Source: a virus (lineage: Duplodnaviria > Caudoviricetes). Taken from it: a stretch of DNA of 47,529 nt. Each line of letters opens with the position of its first letter. Position 1 is the first letter of the stretch. The notes beneath the pieces were generated by a model, which was given only the letters and a program-made list of their open reading frames with translations, did no database searches and had not been told where the DNA came from. Positions 1 to 8,852 of the stretch are shown piece by piece. The stretch spans positions 1 to 47,529 of IMG/VR virus record IMGVR_UViG_3300034349_000030; one strand, 5' to 3'. The position numbers were made by a program, and so were the translations under genes.

Positions 1-127
1 CCACCGATGTAATACCCTTTGGACTTCGTGGGAGGAGGATGGTGGCCGCATCCGCGTGGAGTTGGGCGTCCGTGACTTTGGCGTCCGTGACTTTGGCGTC
101 CGTGACTTTGGCGTCCGTGACTTTGGC
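1..127. repeat. Terminal direct repeat, left copy (circular assembly overlap)
   Basis: 1-127 is identical to 47403-47529. 127 is a common assembler k-mer length and a gene reads through the join, so this is most likely an overlap rather than a physical terminal repeat. Confidence 0.9.
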
Positions 128-133
128 CTTCAT
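1..133 (-). CDS. 5' part of the J-domain protein gene (continues at 47402 down to 47158)
   Basis: ATG at 133 overlaps the TGA of ORF 130..336. It reads MKAKVTDAKVTD...ITSVELDAHW in frame across the circular join into ORF 47158..47406. Confidence 0.8.
   Translation of the reverse strand, partial: MKAKVTDAKVTDAKVTDAKVTDAQLHADAATILLPRSPKGITSV
65..127. repeat. 15-bp tandem repeat (GGCGTCCGTGACTTT)x4, encoding (AKVTD)4 on the minus strand
   Basis: Four perfect units at 65, 80, 95 and 110 plus a partial unit. Confidence 0.95.
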
Positions 134-336
134 GACTTCACCTCGAGGAGTTTTCGAATGGCCTCCAACTGCGCAACGCTAGGAACCACCCAAGCCTCAC
201 CAATCCTGTTAGCCAAGCGGGGTGATATGTGGGCGAAAAGCTCAACCGTTCCCGTACTTACGTTCTTGCGCACCCCGATCACAACCTCACTCGACATGCC
301 CAAAGCCACCGGAACGGAATCGTAGGCAGCGGGCAT
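130..336 (-). CDS. Hypothetical protein (68 aa)
   Basis: Tiles tightly between neighbours: 2-nt gap upstream, ATGA overlap downstream. Confidence 0.7.
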   Translation of the reverse strand: MPAAYDSVPVALGMSSEVVIGVRKNVSTGTVELFAHISPRLANRIGEAWVVPSVAQLEAIRKLLEVKS

Positions 337-338
337 CT

Positions 339-758
339 CTAACCCTCCCGTGGAAATGGAGTTCTGCTAGCTCGCATAGCCTTGTGAGCCTTGTTGAGCT
401 TCGCCACATACTTGGCCTGCCTCTCCCCGGAGAGCCTCGAGAACTGTTGACCCGCGCGCATCGCTTGGGGGCCGTGGACAGGGAGATCCTCATCCCCGCA
501 ACGAAGCCCAAGAGCCTTGAGGGATCGGCACTTCTCACACATTGGGAGCGGGCCGAAAGTTCCGGGCATAGGCGTCCAACAATCGCACGCAAGGATTTGG
601 TTGTAGCGGTGGAGCTTCTCCGCACACCCTTGACACTTCGGATCGAATGTGGGAGCCGCATCCCCGGCCTTGCCGCGCTTGCATTGGCCGCAGAGATTGA
701 GGTGAAAGCCGTTGGCCACTCGGCCGCGGCCCTTAGCAACGTGGGTGTGAGCGGCCAC
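339..758 (-). CDS. Cys-rich hypothetical protein
   Basis: In-frame GTG at 758 sits just after the stop of 761..1072. Several CxxC pairs (CGQC, CQGC, CEKC). The longer 899 start overlaps the upstream gene. Confidence 0.6.
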   Translation of the reverse strand: MAAHTHVAKGRGRVANGFHLNLCGQCKRGKAGDAAPTFDPKCQGCAEKLHRYNQILACDCWTPMPGTFGPLPMCEKCRSLKALGLRCGDEDLPVHGPQAMRAGQQFSRLSGERQAKYVAKLNKAHKAMRASRTPFPREG

Positions 759-760
759 GG

Positions 761-1072
761 CTACGCAAACCCCATCAACTTGAGGGCCGCAAGCCGGGCC
801 TTGATGAAGCGGAGGGCCTTGGAGTGATCGTCCACGGAACCATCCGAGGAGCACACCACAAAAACCTTGGAGTGCTTCGAGAACCCATAGGAGCCACACA
901 TCTTCCGGCGGGCAGCATGGATCCGCTTGATCGCCTCCTCATGTTGAGACTTTGCCTCCCGCAACCGCGCAAGCTCACCTTGGAGCGCGGCCTCCTCGAG
1001 CTTGCGCTTGAGGGTGGGGGCTTGGAGTTGTGGAGATAGCTTCGATGGTTTCTGCGATGCCATATACCTCAT
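761..1072 (-). CDS. Hypothetical protein with coiled-coil N-half
   Basis: ATGA overlap with the upstream ORF, purine-rich RBS-like sequence, operon tiling. Confidence 0.65.
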   Translation of the reverse strand: MRYMASQKPSKLSPQLQAPTLKRKLEEAALQGELARLREAKSQHEEAIKRIHAARRKMCGSYGFSKHSKVFVVCSSDGSVDDHSKALRFIKARLAALKLMGFA

Positions 1073-1734
1073 GAGCCGTGCTTCCTTCCTTTGGTCAACT
1101 TCGTATTACGCTTTATCCTACCACGGCCTGTGGAGCTTGCAACCTTGGGGCCGCTCTTTTCAATTTGCTTCTCCTTGGGAGATCGATAGGGGTAGGAGGC
1201 GGATGGGATATAGGTGCGGGTAACGATGGGGCTTGGAATCTTGCGCTTTCTCTTGACGATCCGTGTATCGGGCTCTTGCACCCCGGGAAACGGCCTCCGG
1301 ATTGAGACGGGTGCCCTCAACTCGTCCATCGTGAACACGTAGCCTTTACCCCCACTCACCTTGGAACGTGAGCCCGCTTTCCCGGATTGCATAGTGGGCC
1401 CCATCGTGACCTTGCAACCTTTGGCATGGATAGCCTTGCGGGGAGATGGACGGGCAGCGGCCCGGACGGATGCACGTTGCGGAAATATGATCGGATATGC
1501 TCGAGCCCACAAGACCTTGGAGAACTTCCGGATCGCCTCGTTGAGGCTCCCCACCAAGACGTGAGGCAAGCCGGATGGGATGCGAGCCCTCCCCTTGCAC
1601 GCTTGGATGAGGAGTCCCCATGGCATCCCCCAACACGCATCGCAAATCTTCACCCCCTCCACGTGTTGGAACTCCGTCCACCGGCCCGGCCTGATTTCCT
1701 TCCCGCAAGCCGGGCAACAATCCTTGGTTGGCAT
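1069..1734 (-). CDS. Basic hypothetical protein with N-terminal zinc finger
   Basis: ATG at 1734 preceded by GGGGAAAGGGAAGT. CPACGK...ICDACW motif. Overlaps the HNH ORF by about 390 nt, so the true start is uncertain. Confidence 0.5.
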   Translation of the reverse strand: MPTKDCCPACGKEIRPGRWTEFQHVEGVKICDACWGMPWGLLIQACKGRARIPSGLPHVLVGSLNEAIRKFSKVLWARAYPIIFPQRASVRAAARPSPRKAIHAKGCKVTMGPTMQSGKAGSRSKVSGGKGYVFTMDELRAPVSIRRPFPGVQEPDTRIVKRKRKIPSPIVTRTYIPSASYPYRSPKEKQIEKSGPKVASSTGRGRIKRNTKLTKGRKHGS

Positions 1735-2089
1735 ACTTCCCTTTCCCCCATCTACGATGGGATCCGTCCGTCTTGTTGCAGCTACAACACAAGGGCCGGA
1801 GGTTCCCCATGGCCCAATCCAATAGATACGCTCGAGCCCGGTCATAGCGCCCCAACTTGACGGGATTCCAACTGCGGCCGTTGGGGTGGTCAAGCTCGAG
1901 CGGAACATCAGTAATACCGCAGAGGTGACAGTAATTGCCCATGGTGTCGAATAGCCACCACCGAATCAGGCGGGCTTGATCTTTACGCCACTCCGCTAAG
2001 CGTAAATTGCTCCGCCGTTGAATCTTCCGCCGATTCCTCTTGCGGGCCTCCATAGCGGCCTCTTGCAGGGTGGGCCGAAGCACTCCCAT
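1346..2089 (-). CDS. HNH endonuclease
   Basis: CHLCG...LELDH...NLRPLCCSCN is the McrA-type zinc-binding HNH signature. The start overlaps the primase stop. Confidence 0.8.
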   Translation of the reverse strand: MGVLRPTLQEAAMEARKRNRRKIQRRSNLRLAEWRKDQARLIRWWLFDTMGNYCHLCGITDVPLELDHPNGRSWNPVKLGRYDRARAYLLDWAMGNLRPLCCSCNKTDGSHRRWGKGKYANQGLLPGLREGNQAGPVDGVPTRGGGEDLRCVLGDAMGTPHPSVQGEGSHPIRLASRLGGEPQRGDPEVLQGLVGSSISDHISATCIRPGRCPSISPQGYPCQRLQGHDGAHYAIRESGLTFQGEWG

Positions 2090-4122
2090 TAGTATTTCAT
2101 TCCCCGCATGAGTTCCGCCTCACATTCCTTGCGTTGGGCCTTGCCCCACTTCTCGAGGTTCCGGATGATGAAGAATCGCGGGCTCGAGGCATTGGCGTCC
2201 TTGTCCCACCACCTCCGGGTTTGCTGATACTTGCGGGCAAGGAGCCGGCCCATCACGCGGGGGACTACCTTGCGTATTGCGGAGGCGTTGAATCGGTCCG
2301 TTAGCTTTTGCGTTGCCCATAGGTCACATTCGATCGCGGTCTCCGGAAGCTCCTCCACCCAAGCATCAAGCTCCGGCTTCACGGCCTCGATCATTGAGAG
2401 CTTGGCTGCGGTAAGGGGTGGTGGAGACTTCGGGCGGAACCCTTCGTAGTCAAGCCCCTCGAGGAAGTGGTGGAGGAGGTGGGCCGGGCCGCTGCCACCT
2501 TGCCAGTCATAGAAGGCATCGTAAAACTCGTTAGATGGACGCTCCGCCGTTACCTCATGGATGAAGAGCCTCCGGTCATGCTCCTCGACTGTGAGAGCGT
2601 TCTCGTGGTTTGAGGTTAGAAAATAGTTGCAGCAATCGGCAATGGTGTATGGCGTAATGTATTTCGGATTCACCAACACACTTTCTTGTGTGATTAAGGT
2701 CTTCATCATCTCCGCCACTCGATGCCGATCATGGGGAGAGATGTCATCCACCAAGACAAATTGCTTACCGGCCTGCCAATCGTTGTGGTTGGAGTCGAAA
2801 ACCCGGTGGTTCAACGTGACCGAGTTCTGACCGTAGATTTTGGCCAACGTTTGGGCGATCGTTGACTTCCCAAGGCCTTGGGTGCGGCTCCACAACACGG
2901 CCGCGGATGAAAGCTTCATCCCCGGGAACTTGAAGGGGTAGCCGCACCATTGCTCAAACCACTTCTTTTCCTCGGCCCCCGCTCCCTTGAAGATGAGATC
3001 GAGGAGCCGGCGCCAAGGGCCAATGTCCCCCTTGACGGGCTCGACTGCCAACCCCCGCCACGTATTCCAGAGGCCACGATCTGTTACCGTGCCCTCCCCG
3101 GGTTTGTACGCAAGGCCGAGGAACGTGCGACGGGATGGCCACTCCAACCACTCATGGGAGAGATCCACTTCCTTCCGCTTTTCGGGAGTCGAGCCCGAGG
3201 CGGGGGTTACTACTTTCATCGCCTTATCATTGGCCCGGATGGTGTGGAACTTCGCAACGTCATACAAAACGTAACCCTCGGCCGCATGCTCATCCACCAC
3301 CGCGGTTGGGTTCTCGATCACGGCATACCGCTCGTTATAGCTCCAAAGCCTCGAGGAGAGCCCATCCGTCAAGGCCTCGGTGAGTGCAGCCTCGAGGCCT
3401 GCCTTTCCACATGTCCCGTCCTTGGTGCGCTTGCCCAGCTCATCGAGGGCAACCAAAAAGTCATCAAGGCCCGTCTTCTTTCCCTCGTCCACTCCCTCAT
3501 ATAGATCGGGGAGCACCACGATCCTGGCATCGGCACCGAGGCCGCAAATCTTGCGCCGGAGTTGCGCCGCAGCGGCAACCACGTCCGGCTTTTCCATCAT
3601 GTCGCTATCGAAGATGATGAACACCCTCCGCTTGTGCCACTTGATGGCCTCGAGTTCGGGGAGGAACTCGCATCCAAGCTTGCGGCTCTTCCAACTCCAC
3701 ACCCCGCCCAATCCGATAGTGGCGAAGCCGTGGAGGCATGCGGATACGGCCTTCTTTTCACCCTCGGTGATGATGAGTTGGGCTTTTGGATCCTTGAAGA
3801 TTTGCCCCCATGGGAGGAGAGGGGGAAGGTACGCGGCAACCGGGGTGCCTTGAGGCTGCACGTATTTAGGGAGCTTCTTCTCCGCTCCAAAGGCGATCGT
3901 TACCGTGCCGATCAACTTGAGACGAAAGACATCCTCACGCTTTTTGCCATCCGGTGAGTAATACGGGATGAGCATAGACTCCACCGGGAACTTGGGTAGG
4001 AGTTCAGCCGTCTTGGAGGGGGATAGGAACTTCACCCCTAGGCGTTTGGCTACTGCGGCGGAGATTCCGCTCCTTGCCAAATCAGCAAGGCCCAACTTCT
4101 CGGCCGAGGCCTTTAGCCCCAT
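2089..4122 (-). CDS. Primase-helicase (DUF3854 TOPRIM domain plus SF3/DUF5906-type helicase)
   Basis: TOPRIM motifs ITEGEKKA, GLGGVW, IIFDSD, GLDD. Walker A QGLGKST, Walker B FVLVDD, NPKY and TSNH motif C. Confidence 0.88.
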   Translation of the reverse strand: MGLKASAEKLGLADLARSGISAAVAKRLGVKFLSPSKTAELLPKFPVESMLIPYYSPDGKKREDVFRLKLIGTVTIAFGAEKKLPKYVQPQGTPVAAYLPPLLPWGQIFKDPKAQLIITEGEKKAVSACLHGFATIGLGGVWSWKSRKLGCEFLPELEAIKWHKRRVFIIFDSDMMEKPDVVAAAAQLRRKICGLGADARIVVLPDLYEGVDEGKKTGLDDFLVALDELGKRTKDGTCGKAGLEAALTEALTDGLSSRLWSYNERYAVIENPTAVVDEHAAEGYVLYDVAKFHTIRANDKAMKVVTPASGSTPEKRKEVDLSHEWLEWPSRRTFLGLAYKPGEGTVTDRGLWNTWRGLAVEPVKGDIGPWRRLLDLIFKGAGAEEKKWFEQWCGYPFKFPGMKLSSAAVLWSRTQGLGKSTIAQTLAKIYGQNSVTLNHRVFDSNHNDWQAGKQFVLVDDISPHDRHRVAEMMKTLITQESVLVNPKYITPYTIADCCNYFLTSNHENALTVEEHDRRLFIHEVTAERPSNEFYDAFYDWQGGSGPAHLLHHFLEGLDYEGFRPKSPPPLTAAKLSMIEAVKPELDAWVEELPETAIECDLWATQKLTDRFNASAIRKVVPRVMGRLLARKYQQTRRWWDKDANASSPRFFIIRNLEKWGKAQRKECEAELMRGMKY

Positions 4123-4297
4123 GAGAGGGCCTCGAGGATTTTGCTGTCAAAGCGGAACCACATCTTGAGCCTCCGGAAATTAGCGGCCAACCCTCCCCAC
4201 CCCTGCTAGCGCGGCTCGTAGGACGGGGGACCAACCCGTCAACGCTGCGGAGTGGGGAGAGCGGCCAAGTCTTTGTCCGCGTTCACGGTCCCGAAAC

Positions 4298-4516
4298 CTA
4301 GGCACGCAAGCGGACACGTGCCCGCTTGTGAGGCTCCGCGGCATCTTTCACCGGAGCGCCGATGCGTGCCGGAGCACACCCAAGCTTGTGTCGAAGATAC
4401 TGCCGAAAGGCCATGGGAGGCTTTTGGGACGCGGCTTCGTCCTCAAGGCGTTGGATGTCGCGGATTGGTAACGAAAGGCCGAGGGTGCGCGCGTAATCGA
4501 GAGGATCCTTGGACAT
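4298..4516 (-). CDS. Small hypothetical protein (72 aa), first gene left of the origin
   Basis: In-frame ATG at 4516 (MSKDPLDYARTLG) of ORF 4298..4657, which fills the gap before the primase. Confidence 0.45.
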   Translation of the reverse strand: MSKDPLDYARTLGLSLPIRDIQRLEDEAASQKPPMAFRQYLRHKLGCAPARIGAPVKDAAEPHKRARVRLRA

Positions 4517-4643
4517 GTCGTTACGAATCGCATACTGCGGGTTTGGTGTCAAGTAAGGAAGAATGTAAGAAGGAACGCATAACCCGACATCTAGAAACCG
4601 CGTCGGAGTGCCAAGAAGTGACGCGAAGTCAAGCGGAAACCTC

Positions 4644-4959
4644 CATTCCATCACCATTCCATCATTCCATCATCGTTTTGGCCTTGATGGAATGCAGGAA
4701 ACCCCTGCCCGCATAGCAGTTGACGCGTTTCCATTCCATCATTCCATCATCACTACCTAAAAATAGAAGAGAGAAAAAGAAAGAAGAGGAAAGTAGAGAG
4801 GGAACTTTTGCCCTTTATGATGGAATGATGGAATGGAAACGCGTCATCCCCTACAACTAAAGCCCTTCCCAGCATTCCATCAAGAAAAACGATGCTGGAA
4901 TGGATTCGGGCCCGAGGCCCGTTCTCCCCCGTAAAACAAGCACCTTCCGTCATTCCATC
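4644..4959. repeat. Iterated CATTCCATC array with a long inverted repeat; putative replication origin
   Basis: Ten CATTCCATC copies (plus: 4644, 4655, 4663, 4732, 4740, 4873, 4951; minus: 4686, 4819, 4827). Perfect 30-bp inverted repeat 4721-4750/4817-4846 around a purine-rich spacer. Non-coding and next to the primase-helicase; origin function is inferred. Confidence 0.7.
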
Positions 4960-5004
4960 AACGTTTTGGGCTTGTTTCGTTCCTTCTTGCTTGTCGTTTT
5001 GTGG

Positions 5005-5063
5005 TTGACAATTTCCAAATCGGTGGGGACGGTGGGTGGCATTTCTTCAAGTAATACTTGACA
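5005..5063 (+). promoter_or_regulatory. Candidate late-arm promoter/operator region
   Basis: TTGACA at 5005 and 5058. The 15-bp palindrome TCAAGTAATACTTGA (5047-5061) overlaps the second. No consensus -10 at 17 bp spacing. Confidence 0.35.
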
Positions 5064-5103
5064 TTTGGTGGCTATCTACGCGGCTTTTCGATACCTTTGG
5101 AGC

Positions 5104-5910
5104 ATGGCCAGACGCGGACGCCCCCCACTCCCGGAGAACTCACTCCCACCACCAATCGCCAAGCTCAAGAAGCTTAGGCGTAAGGCTCCACGTAAGACGA
5201 AAGCGGAACGTTTGGAGAAGAGCCGGAGAGCTGCGGCCAAGAAGCGCAAGCGCTACCTCAAGGAAAATGTCAACGCGGATGGGACCACCAAAGGCTCCGG
5301 TAGGACGGGGGCCGCTCCCGTTTACTCAATCGCGTGGTTTCGCGATTTCATGCAACGGCCGCTTGAGGACATCCTCTCCAAGCCGCGCTCCCAAATGTCT
5401 GCGATCGAGGCAATCACCACCGAGGCCGTGCGGTTGGCTATTGATAGCCGAGGTGAGGAGACGGTGGTGGAGGCCATTCGGGACGCGGGCATAGCTCGAG
5501 GCAAGGGGGCCGTATCTGCCAAGGAGGGAATCCGCCAACTCCTTGGGGATTCCACCCTGGCTAGATTCCTCTCGAGCCCGGAGGATCGTCTCAAAGCGAT
5601 CAAGCATCTCCATTCGTATCAACTCGGCCAAGCCCCAAGCACCTTGGATCTCAAGAACAATGGGGGATCCTTTGAGGCTCCTATCAACGGCCCTCTTGAT
5701 GTCGAGGTGGTGCTCACCCGGCCCGATGGCACCCACGAGAAGCTCCGTCGCTTGGACCAAATGCCCCCACATCCGGAGACCGTGGAGGAGGCCGCGGAAC
5801 GTGAGGCACAAGAACTCGAGGAGATCGAGGGCCCGATTGCAGATCAAGAGAGGGAGGATGCCAAGCCCTTTGATGCTTGCGATCCCACCAAGCCGGAGGG
5901 GCCTTACTAA
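5104..5910 (+). CDS. Probable terminase small subunit
   Basis: Abuts the large terminase. Basic N-terminus (MARRGRPP), acidic C-terminus. Assignment is positional; ATG 5104 is preferred to GTG 5065. Confidence 0.55.
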   Translation: MARRGRPPLPENSLPPPIAKLKKLRRKAPRKTKAERLEKSRRAAAKKRKRYLKENVNADGTTKGSGRTGAAPVYSIAWFRDFMQRPLEDILSKPRSQMSAIEAITTEAVRLAIDSRGEETVVEAIRDAGIARGKGAVSAKEGIRQLLGDSTLARFLSSPEDRLKAIKHLHSYQLGQAPSTLDLKNNGGSFEAPINGPLDVEVVLTRPDGTHEKLRRLDQMPPHPETVEEAAEREAQELEEIEGPIADQEREDAKPFDACDPTKPEGPY

Positions 5911-7215
5911 GTGGGAAGGGCCGCAACCAAGACCGCGCTCCACGTGCTCCCTCCACGAAGCGGACGCATACGGATTGCAATACCGGAAAAGTGCGGCTTC
6001 CTCATCGGACGGCGGGCACCATACAAATGCTTGTGGGGTGGACGTGGTTCGGCTAAGTCGTGGACGATCGCGATCTGCCTCCTCTTGCTTGGGATGCAGA
6101 AAAAGTTGCTCATCCTATGTGCTCGAGAATTCCAAACCTCGATCGCGCAATCCGTTCACCGGCTCTTGAAGGCCCAAGTTTACCGCCTCGGCTTGCAGTC
6201 CGTGTATGACGTACAGAAGACGTCGATCGTCAACAAGTACAATGGAACCGAGTTCATCTTTGCGGGCTTGCGGCACAACATCGATTCCATTCGCTCCATG
6301 GAGGGCATCGATATTTGTTGGATCGAGGAGGGAGAGTCCATCTCTGAGGAGTCGTGGGAAGTTCTCGATCCCACCATCCGCTCCGCCCACGGTGAGATTT
6401 GGGTTTCGTTCAACCCACGTGAGGAGACCGATCCAACCTACAAGCGCATGGTGAAAAACCCGATGCCGGGCACCATCGCGGTGAAGATGAATTGGCAGGA
6501 CAACAAGTGGTTGAGCCCGCGGCTTCGGTCCCAACTCTTACATATGCGCAAGACAGATCCGGAGCGCTACCACCACATTTGGGAAGGCGGCCTTTGGACT
6601 CGATCCATCTCCCATGTGCTCAATGGCAAGTGGGCCGTAACGGACTTCAAGGTTTCCGAAGCTTGGGGCTCACCTCTGTTCGGGAGCGATTTCGGCTTCT
6701 CCCAAGATCCAACCACGTTGATTAAGTCATACATCGATGTGGTGGAGCCGGGCTCCATTGTGGACGGGAAGATCGTCACCCCCGTGCGGGATCTCTACAT
6801 CGCAGAGGAGGCCTTTGGCATTGGTGTGGACACTAACGACATACCGAAAGAGCTGTACGATACCGTTTCGGAGTCGAGGCTCTACAACATCATCGCAGAT
6901 AGCGCTAGGCCGGAGACGATCTCCGCGCTCTCGAATGCTGGCTACATGATCGAAGGTTGCCAGAAGTGGCCCGGTTGTGTGGAGGATGGGATCGCCTATC
7001 TTCGCAGCTTCCGGAAGATCATCATCCATGCGGATTGCGTGAGCATTCAAGAAGAAGCGCGGCTTTGGTCATACAAGGTCAACGAGAAGACGGGCAAGGT
7101 TACTCGGCTACTCAAGCCCGGATTCGATCACGGTTGGGACGCTGTCCGCTACGGGCACGAAGCCCAAATCACTCACACCCCATCAATGTTCGACGTTCAA
7201 GGGCAATTGCTCTAA
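5911..7215 (+). CDS. terL: Terminase large subunit, PBSX family
   Basis: Walker A GGRGSAKS, CAREFQ, FAGL, Walker B WIEE, SFNP; nuclease motifs DFGF, ADSARP, DHGWDAVRY. Confidence 0.95.
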   Translation: MGRAATKTALHVLPPRSGRIRIAIPEKCGFLIGRRAPYKCLWGGRGSAKSWTIAICLLLLGMQKKLLILCAREFQTSIAQSVHRLLKAQVYRLGLQSVYDVQKTSIVNKYNGTEFIFAGLRHNIDSIRSMEGIDICWIEEGESISEESWEVLDPTIRSAHGEIWVSFNPREETDPTYKRMVKNPMPGTIAVKMNWQDNKWLSPRLRSQLLHMRKTDPERYHHIWEGGLWTRSISHVLNGKWAVTDFKVSEAWGSPLFGSDFGFSQDPTTLIKSYIDVVEPGSIVDGKIVTPVRDLYIAEEAFGIGVDTNDIPKELYDTVSESRLYNIIADSARPETISALSNAGYMIEGCQKWPGCVEDGIAYLRSFRKIIIHADCVSIQEEARLWSYKVNEKTGKVTRLLKPGFDHGWDAVRYGHEAQITHTPSMFDVQGQLL

Positions 7216-7226
7216 GGAGATAGACA

Positions 7227-8852
7227 ATGTGGAATCCATTCTCGCGGCGTAATACGGTTGTATCGGACTCCTTGGAGGCGGCCGTCGGGCAAGTCGTGGA
7301 GCTTGATCGCCTTGTCCGACGCGTGGACGATGGGCTTGTAAATCAGGCTGCGGGCCTTGGCACCTCGAGGGATAAGCGTGCTTTTTCGGAGTTCGCTCCG
7401 GTGTTGCCGTTGCCGAGGCAACAAGCCGAGAACATGTGGGACTCAAATTGGCTCTCCAAACGCATCGTCTCCGTGCCCGTGGAGGATGCGCTTGCCGAGT
7501 GGTTGAAAGTCCAATGGGACTTCACGGAGACCAAGGGCAAGAACGTCCGCAAGCAAGAGAGCGATCGGCAGCAACAGATCTACGAGTGGGAGAAGCGCTT
7601 TAGTGTACGGGAGAAGATTCAAGAGAACGCGGAGTGGGGCCGGCTCTATGGTGGCTCCCTCATCGTGATTGGCATCAAGGGGGAGAAGGATCTTTCCCAA
7701 CCCCTCGACATCAAGCGCTTAGGCAAGGGATGTCTGTCCTACCTCCACGTGATTGATCGTTGGAGGGTGGGAGCCACGGACTTGATGGATCTCCCGGATG
7801 ACTTGGACTCTGCCAACTTCGGACGGCCGAGGTTTTACAATATGGCATCCCAAGCGATTGGGCCCGGGGGCCTTGTCCATTGGTCCCGCGTAATACCATT
7901 TCACGGTGAGAAACTCCCGTGGTTCGCTTGGCTCCACAATGGGATGTGGCATCGCTCCACCCTTCAACACGTGATTGACGATGTAAAGGATTACTCCAAC
8001 GTGATGAGCCTTCTAGCCACCATGTTCTTTGAGGCCAACGTGGATGTGTTGGGCATCGCGGGCTTGGCGAAGCTCCTATCCATGCCGGATGGCAAGCGGA
8101 AGATCCAAGAACGCTTCGGCATCGCTGCAACGGTCAAGTCCGCCAATCGCATGCTTGTGATTGACAGTGAGGACAAATACGAGAAAAAGGGTAATACCTT
8201 TTCAGGACTCGCGGCCATTGGCGATCTGTTCGTGCGGAACGTATCGGGGGCCGCGAACACCCCAACCTCAAGACTGTTTGGGGAGCAAGCCCAAGGCCTT
8301 GGATCTGAGGGCAAGGGGGACGATAAGAACTACAAAAAGTTCCTCCGCTCCTTGCAGAGTCGATACACCCCGGGCTTGGAGTACCTCTATACGATTGCCG
8401 CGATCGACATGTTTGGATCCGTGCCTCCCGGTTGGCAGCTTTCTTGGAATACGCTCGAGCAAGAGAGCGGAGCCGAGAAGGCCCAACGGCAGTTGAACGA
8501 AGCGCAACGAGATAAGATTTATGTGGGCATGGGGGCCGTCTCTGCGTTGGTGATTGCCCGCCAACTCAAAGAAGACAACGTTTATCCCATGATGGAGCAA
8601 GAGGACGTGGACGAGGTGGAGGAATCGCTTGAGGCGGGGGATCCGGAGGAGTCCGCGGAACTCTTGACCATGGGACAAGACATTCCGAAGCCCGGGGTGG
8701 GTAATCCTCCCACGAAGGGCAAGCCGGTAGCTCGCAAGCCCGCGGAAGGTGAGGAGGAAGAGGGGGAGGATGTGCCGGCACCCAAGGAGGAAGAGGTAGC
8801 CCGAGGAGCCTCCAAGAAGGGCACAAAGGCTGCGGAATCGGACGAAACGTAA
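7227..8852 (+). CDS. Portal protein (DUF1073/HI1409 family)
   Basis: Follows terL. WL..RIV..P.EDA, GRLYGGS, NFG.P.FY, VHWSRVI, P.SRLFG and G..D..NY motifs; acidic tail. Confidence 0.9.
   Translation: MWNPFSRRNTVVSDSLEAAVGQVVELDRLVRRVDDGLVNQAAGLGTSRDKRAFSEFAPVLPLPRQQAENMWDSNWLSKRIVSVPVEDALAEWLKVQWDFTETKGKNVRKQESDRQQQIYEWEKRFSVREKIQENAEWGRLYGGSLIVIGIKGEKDLSQPLDIKRLGKGCLSYLHVIDRWRVGATDLMDLPDDLDSANFGRPRFYNMASQAIGPGGLVHWSRVIPFHGEKLPWFAWLHNGMWHRSTLQHVIDDVKDYSNVMSLLATMFFEANVDVLGIAGLAKLLSMPDGKRKIQERFGIAATVKSANRMLVIDSEDKYEKKGNTFSGLAAIGDLFVRNVSGAANTPTSRLFGEQAQGLGSEGKGDDKNYKKFLRSLQSRYTPGLEYLYTIAAIDMFGSVPPGWQLSWNTLEQESGAEKAQRQLNEAQRDKIYVGMGAVSALVIARQLKEDNVYPMMEQEDVDEVEESLEAGDPEESAELLTMGQDIPKPGVGNPPTKGKPVARKPAEGEEEEGEDVPAPKEEEVARGASKKGTKAAESDET

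Noticed and set aside
1-127. 127-bp terminal repeat as a biological direct terminal repeat
   Set aside because: The length equals a common assembly k-mer and a gene reads through the join. Read-end data would be needed to claim physical ends.
65-127. Repeat array as a CRISPR, and ORF 56..325 (+) as a gene
   Set aside because: The units are contiguous 15-mers with no spacers. The minus frame has a coupled start and joins the J-domain.
4644-4959. CATTCCATC array as a CRISPR, and ORFs 4252..4716 and 4753..4953 as genes
   Set aside because: The repeats are 9 bp, in both orientations and irregularly spaced. The ORFs are translations of repeat or low-complexity DNA.
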